Assembly (NCBI GenBank): GCA_965214095.1
Contig: OZ243938.1
Span: forward strand, 2,208,001 to 2,272,000
Direction: 5' to 3'
DNA: 64,000 bases
Source: Candidatus Poribacteria bacterium
GTDB taxonomy: Bacteria; Poribacteria; WGA-4E; WGA-3G
Shown: positions 59,223-64,000 of the stretch, piece after piece
How the letters are laid out: every line of letters starts with the position of its first letter
Numbering within the stretch: the first letter of the stretch is position 1
Notes under the pieces: generated by a model
What the model was told of the DNA's origin: nothing
Databases searched by the model: none
Seen by the model: the letters and a program-made list of their open reading frames with translations, nothing else
Position numbers and translations under genes: made by a program

Positions 59223-59810
59223 ATGCAAGAAGTACTGAAAAATGCTGAATCACGCATGCAAAAGTCAATTGAGTCAACTTTGACGAAATTGTCACATATC
59301 CAAACTGGTCGCGCGACGACAGCGTTGTTAGACCAGGTTACAATTAACTATTACGGAAGTAAAACTCCACTGAACCAAGTGGGAACGATTACGACACCTG
59401 AACCACGTCAGTTGGTCATCCAACCTTGGGACAAAACACTTATAACCGAAATTGAAAAAGCAATTGCACAATCCGACTTAGGATTAGCAACAAGTAACGA
59501 TGGTAGTTTAATTCGGATACAAGTGCCTGAATTGACGACAGAACGTCGGGTTGAATTGACCAAATTGGTAAAGAAGTTGGCGGAAGAAGGTAGAGTAGCG
59601 ATTCGCAATATCCGACGTGATGCTAACGATGCTATTCGCAAACTTGAAGGCAATGATTCGGGGTCGGGTAGCCGTAGAAGCAAAGGTCGAGGTGGCGATA
59701 AGAAAAGTGGGCGCGCTGACGCGGATCCAGTCCAAAACTTAACTGATACCTACGTAGACCAAATTAACGAATTGGCCGAAGCAAAAGAAGCTGAACTTTT
59801 AGAGAACTAA
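59223..59810 (+). CDS. frr: Ribosome recycling factor
   Basis: TGRA...LLD, YYG, IQPWDK, P.LT.ERR, RVAIRNIRRD. Confidence 0.95.
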   Translation: MQEVLKNAESRMQKSIESTLTKLSHIQTGRATTALLDQVTINYYGSKTPLNQVGTITTPEPRQLVIQPWDKTLITEIEKAIAQSDLGLATSNDGSLIRIQVPELTTERRVELTKLVKKLAEEGRVAIRNIRRDANDAIRKLEGNDSGSGSRRSKGRGGDKKSGRADADPVQNLTDTYVDQINELAEAKEAELLEN

Positions 59811-59812
59811 TT

Positions 59813-60667
59813 ATGTTTTGGCGGCGAGCTTTGAGTGTAGTAGTGCTGCTTCCGGTAATCATCCTGATAATTTATTGGGATGGTTGGCCTTGGCATGATA
59901 AGCCTTTGCTTTATCTACTGCTCGTTTCCTTCGCTGTCACCATGATGCAAATCGAATACTGCAGGTTAGCTGGAAACTTCGGCAGCAAATTGAATCCGGT
60001 TATACCTGTCGTTCTCACGGTTTCATTTAGTTGTTTTGCATTTTTCTTGCCCGAATCAATAGAAAATGTGAACGTTTCAATCATAATGTCCTGCTTCATG
60101 GTCGGAGTATTCATCTACGCTTTCGCATCAAGCATTTTCCGTGGAAAAATTGATGGAGAATTGTGGACCGTCAAGTTAAAACTAACAGGGATACTAACAA
60201 TCGGATGGGCATTTGGTTATCACTGTATTCTTCTGCGAATAACAGGTGAATTTGGTTTTCAACTAATCATCTTACTCATCGGTACAATTTGGTGTAGTGA
60301 TACCGGTGCGTATCTTATCGGTAGGGCAGTCGGTAAAACTAAACTCAGCACCCCGATTAGTCCCCGGAAAACAGTTGAAGGTACAATTGCTGGTTTAGTC
60401 GTAGGCACCCTGACAAGTGTTGTCCTCAGCATGTTATTTCTACAAGGAACGGTTTCGTTGTCACACGCAGCTATTTTAGGGTTCGTATTGAGTGTGTTGG
60501 GACAACTTGGTGATTTGAGTGTCTCACTCATGAAACGGACTGCAGGTGTCAAAGACTCTGGAGATGTTATACCGGGACACGGTGGATTTCTTGATAGATG
60601 TGATAGTTTGATATTTACCACACCTATCCTCTATTATTATCTCATTTTCGTTGGGATTTTAAAATAG
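59813..60667 (+). CDS. cdsA: Phosphatidate cytidylyltransferase
   Basis: DTGAY..G...GK, ISP.KTVEG, GDL..S..KR..GVKDSG..IPGHGG.LDR.D. Confidence 0.95.
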   Translation: MFWRRALSVVVLLPVIILIIYWDGWPWHDKPLLYLLLVSFAVTMMQIEYCRLAGNFGSKLNPVIPVVLTVSFSCFAFFLPESIENVNVSIIMSCFMVGVFIYAFASSIFRGKIDGELWTVKLKLTGILTIGWAFGYHCILLRITGEFGFQLIILLIGTIWCSDTGAYLIGRAVGKTKLSTPISPRKTVEGTIAGLVVGTLTSVVLSMLFLQGTVSLSHAAILGFVLSVLGQLGDLSVSLMKRTAGVKDSGDVIPGHGGFLDRCDSLIFTTPILYYYLIFVGILK

Positions 60668-60786
60668 AAATATATTCAACTTGTGTCATATCGCTGTCTA
60701 TAAGCAATGTATTTGATGCATCCAGGACAGACTATCTAAATATCATTCAAGGCGGGTATACATCACTGCCAAAATAATCAATACAC

Positions 60787-61953
60787 ATGAAGCACATTGC
60801 GATTTTAGGTAGTACCGGTTCTATTGGAAAAAACACCCTTGACGTTGTTGAAACACACAAAGATGCATTTAAGGTTGTTTCCCTTGCAGCCAACAAAGAT
60901 GTTGATACGTTTGAACATCAAATACGAAAATTTCGTCCGCGTATAGCAGCATTATTTGATATTAATGCTGCAAATTGTCTTCGTGAACGCCTACATGATT
61001 ATGAGGGAACTGAAATACTTTCAGGCAATGATGGCATTCTTGCTGTCGCTACTGTTGATGAAGCTGAACAAGTCTTAGATGGAATGGGAGGAAGTGCAGG
61101 GTTGCTTCCTACATTAGCCGCTATCAATGCGGGTAAAGACATCGCCTTTGTCAATAAAGAAGTAATGGTAATGTGCGGTGCTTTGGTACTGGAAGCCGTA
61201 AAGAGGAACGGTGTCAACTTAATCCCTATTGACGGTGAAATGAGTGCGATCTTTCAGTGTTTAGAAGGTGCGCGAGATAAGCAAACTGACATACATAGAT
61301 TACTCTTAACTGCATCTGGTGGACCGTTTAGAGATACACCGAAAGAGAGTCTTTACAAAGTTACACCACAACAAGCATTAAAGCATCCTAACTGGGATAT
61401 GGGGGCAAAGATAACGATTGATTCAGCAACCATGATGAACAAAGGATTGGAAGTTATTGAGGCAAAATGGTTGTTTGACATTGAACTTGAAAAAATAGAC
61501 ATCGTTGTCCACAGGGAAAGTATCGTGCATTCAATGGTTGAATGGACAGATGGATCAACACTTGCTCAACTCGGACCAACGGATATGCGTATTATGATTC
61601 AATACGCTTTAACATATCCTAACAGGCTTTCTACGCCAGTCCCACGTTTAGATTTACGCGAACCTCGTACATTGCATTTTGAACCGGTTGATAGAGAAAA
61701 GTTCCCATGTATCTCACTTGCTTATACCGCCGCTGAAGTCGGAGGGACGCTTCCCGTTGTTCTTAGCAGTGCAGACGAAGTTGTGGTAGATGCTTTTCTT
61801 GATGAAACCATCGGTTTTATGGACATTCCCTCCGTCTTGCAGAGTGTAATGGACAAACATGAAGTGATTGCAGACCCTACACTTGAGGATATTCTTGAAG
61901 TTGACAAGTGGGCAAAATCGACTGCACTTTCAATCATTAACGCTAAGAGGTAG
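60787..61953 (+). CDS. dxr: 1-deoxy-D-xylulose 5-phosphate reductoisomerase
   Basis: LGSTGSIG, NKE, LTASGGPFR, HPNW.MG.KITIDSATMMNKGLE. Confidence 0.96.
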   Translation: MKHIAILGSTGSIGKNTLDVVETHKDAFKVVSLAANKDVDTFEHQIRKFRPRIAALFDINAANCLRERLHDYEGTEILSGNDGILAVATVDEAEQVLDGMGGSAGLLPTLAAINAGKDIAFVNKEVMVMCGALVLEAVKRNGVNLIPIDGEMSAIFQCLEGARDKQTDIHRLLLTASGGPFRDTPKESLYKVTPQQALKHPNWDMGAKITIDSATMMNKGLEVIEAKWLFDIELEKIDIVVHRESIVHSMVEWTDGSTLAQLGPTDMRIMIQYALTYPNRLSTPVPRLDLREPRTLHFEPVDREKFPCISLAYTAAEVGGTLPVVLSSADEVVVDAFLDETIGFMDIPSVLQSVMDKHEVIADPTLEDILEVDKWAKSTALSIINAKR

Positions 61954-61996
61954 TGCAGCATTGGCAAACTTGCCGTCATAAAATAGGAGACATATA

Positions 61997-63694
61997 ATGG
62001 ATTTTTTTCAACCTATCCTTTCAATTATCCCTGGTATCAAAGCAGTTCTACTTGCTATTATCCCACTCGGATTTCTAATTTTTATTCATGAACTCGGTCA
62101 TTTTCTTGCTGCGAAACGTGCGGGGATAAAGGTCAATACGTTTTCACTCGGTTTCGGTCCAAAAATCTTTGGATTTACGAAAGGAGAAACACTTTACAAA
62201 CTCTCACTCTTGCCGTTTGGTGGATATGTCGCAATGGAAGGTGAAAACCCGACTGAACAGACTGGTGAAGAAGGTGAATTTGGTAGTGCTTCTCTCGGTA
62301 ATCGTGCATTTGTTGTTATCGCTGGACCTGTAGTGAATTTATTGTTCGGTATATTAGCATTCTGGTTTATTTTTACCGTGGGGCTTGATAGAGATTCTGC
62401 AGGGTTAATCAGTCGTTTAACAGGACAGTCTTTTAGCAATGAACAAGAGGCGGTTCAGATAGGTATGCTTGCCGATAATGGTCCCGCTGCTGTGGCAGGT
62501 GTCAAACCTGGCGACACAATTGTTTCTTTAGATGGTACCCCAATAGCAAATTGGAATGTATTCCACACGAAAATTTTCACCAATCCTGAGAAGGAAATGG
62601 AACTCGTCGTTGAACGGGATGGAGAACAGGAGATACTTACCGTAACACCGGATGCTCAAGCTGGTGGTCCGAGGGGTGACTATGGGGTGCTCCAGGTAAG
62701 CAGTACAAGTGCTGCGTTTGTTTCCAATGTTGATGAAAGCAGTTTGGCAGCAGAAGCAGGCATAAAAGTTGGCGATCAGATAGAAACAATTAACGGTCAA
62801 CAGATATATTCTGTCCCTCAGTTTGGTCCTGATATCTGGCATCCGAGATTCGACTGGTTTGGAACAAATTACCAAGCACTTTACCAACAGATTAACGAAA
62901 ACAGAGAGGAAATTGCAATCGGTGTTAGCAGAAGTGTTGACAAAGAAACTTATGAGAAACTCACAATAACAATGCCTGTCACTTGGGAGATAAGAACGGA
63001 TGTTCAAGAAAAAAGCACTGCAGATAAAGCAGGGCTTAAGAATGGTGATGTTCTGATCCGTTTTAACGGAAATTCAGTAGACAGTAAATCGCTCTTCTCG
63101 GAATTGGAGATAGTGGATGATGATCCGATAGTACTCGGTATTTTACGTGATGGAACTGAACAAACGGTAACGCTTTTACCAGCAGAGGCTTCAGCTAAGG
63201 ACGAAGAAGACACATTTTTGGGAATTAAATGGGCACCCTATCTGAGTGGAATGAGAATAGGTGGGTCCCCGTTACCCAAATATAACGTGTTTACAGCAAT
63301 TGGTAAAGGATTTGAAACGACTTGGCTTACGTTTACCTCTATCACACGCACACTAAAACAGTTGATTGGTGGAGAGGTATCTCCGAAGTATCTATCGGGT
63401 CCGATTGGTATTGCGGATGCTACGAGTCGTATGTTTGATAGTGTTAGCTTAACTACAGTTCTCTTTTTCATCGGTTTTATCAGCATTAACCTCGCCATCG
63501 TTAATCTGTTACCAATTCCCATTGCGGATGGTGGACATCTCCTATTTTTTGCCGTTGAGAAAATTAGAGGACAACCCGTACCACGAAGAGCACAGGAAAT
63601 TGTTCAACAGGTGAGTGTAATCCTTCTCATCGCACTATTCTTGTACATCACTTGGTTTGACAGCATTACGTTGTTTGATAGCTGGTTTAACTAA
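61997..63694 (+). CDS. rseP: RIP metalloprotease RseP with multiple PDZ domains
   Basis: HELGH, GFGP, PFGGYV.M, AGP..N, NLLPIP..DGGH. Confidence 0.93.
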   Translation: MDFFQPILSIIPGIKAVLLAIIPLGFLIFIHELGHFLAAKRAGIKVNTFSLGFGPKIFGFTKGETLYKLSLLPFGGYVAMEGENPTEQTGEEGEFGSASLGNRAFVVIAGPVVNLLFGILAFWFIFTVGLDRDSAGLISRLTGQSFSNEQEAVQIGMLADNGPAAVAGVKPGDTIVSLDGTPIANWNVFHTKIFTNPEKEMELVVERDGEQEILTVTPDAQAGGPRGDYGVLQVSSTSAAFVSNVDESSLAAEAGIKVGDQIETINGQQIYSVPQFGPDIWHPRFDWFGTNYQALYQQINENREEIAIGVSRSVDKETYEKLTITMPVTWEIRTDVQEKSTADKAGLKNGDVLIRFNGNSVDSKSLFSELEIVDDDPIVLGILRDGTEQTVTLLPAEASAKDEEDTFLGIKWAPYLSGMRIGGSPLPKYNVFTAIGKGFETTWLTFTSITRTLKQLIGGEVSPKYLSGPIGIADATSRMFDSVSLTTVLFFIGFISINLAIVNLLPIPIADGGHLLFFAVEKIRGQPVPRRAQEIVQQVSVILLIALFLYITWFDSITLFDSWFN

Positions 63695-63702
63695 ATTGCT
63701 AT

Positions 63703-64000
63703 ATGCATGGAATTGACATGGATAATAGTCTAAGAGAAGAATATCTTAACATAGTTGCAACTGTGAGGGAACACGTGACAGAACAACTTGAATTCGGTTT
63801 TTTAGAAGCAGAAACATCAGAAAACGGAAAAGAACATCCGTTTTCAGACTTAGATTTAGCTGCACTAAACGATGATGCCCAAAGTTGTGTAAAATGCGGA
63901 TTACACGCAGAACGCAACTCAGTTGTTTTTGGTGTTGGAAACCTAAATGCCGACTTGATGTTTGTTGGTGAAGCACCCGGTGCTGATGAAGACAAGCAAG
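63703..64000 (+). CDS. Uracil-DNA glycosylase family 4 (partial, runs off the window)
   Basis: Manual translation: ...CVKCGLHAERNSVVFGVGNLNADLMFVGEAPGADEDKQ, with the Fe-S CxxC and GEAPG motifs. Confidence 0.88.
   Translation, partial: MHGIDMDNSLREEYLNIVATVREHVTEQLEFGFLEAETSENGKEHPFSDLDLAALNDDAQSCVKCGLHAERNSVVFGVGNLNADLMFVGEAPGADEDKQ

Overview
Bacterial chromosomal window, moderately AT-rich by eye. The gene content strongly suggests a Candidatus Poribacteria-type sponge-associated bacterium (inference): three PhyH dioxygenases, three sulfatases, Uma2, an ECF sigma factor fused to a beta-propeller, HEAT and C-type-lectin proteins, and secreted proteins ending in V-x-P-x-x-K-x-x-x-[ST]-W-[GA]-x-[LI]-K. 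Housekeeping blocks are fused glyQS; phoH-ybeY-corC-tRNA-Pro-recO; pyrD-pyrB; and rpsB-tsf-frr-cdsA-dxr-rseP-udg. They alternate with catabolic and accessory genes. Most notable: (1) a dense set of non-coding mobile DNA in which GTAG-headed REP-like hairpins sit inside several MITE types, with nested insertions and clear target duplications; some copies create -10 boxes and two appear to have been absorbed into proteins; (2) an intact tnpB-only IS200/IS605 element whose cleavage and guide tetranucleotides can be read directly and whose RuvC-II site is rearranged; (3) a TonB-dependent receptor / T9SS-like CTD protein / PorV-PorQ cassette, plus a second short C-terminal motif that may be a sorting signal; (4) a higB toxin gene with an internal amber codon, a PyrB with a PyrI-type Zn finger, and an rpsB cluster lacking pyrH and uppS. 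All family calls come from motif recognition by eye, not database searches.
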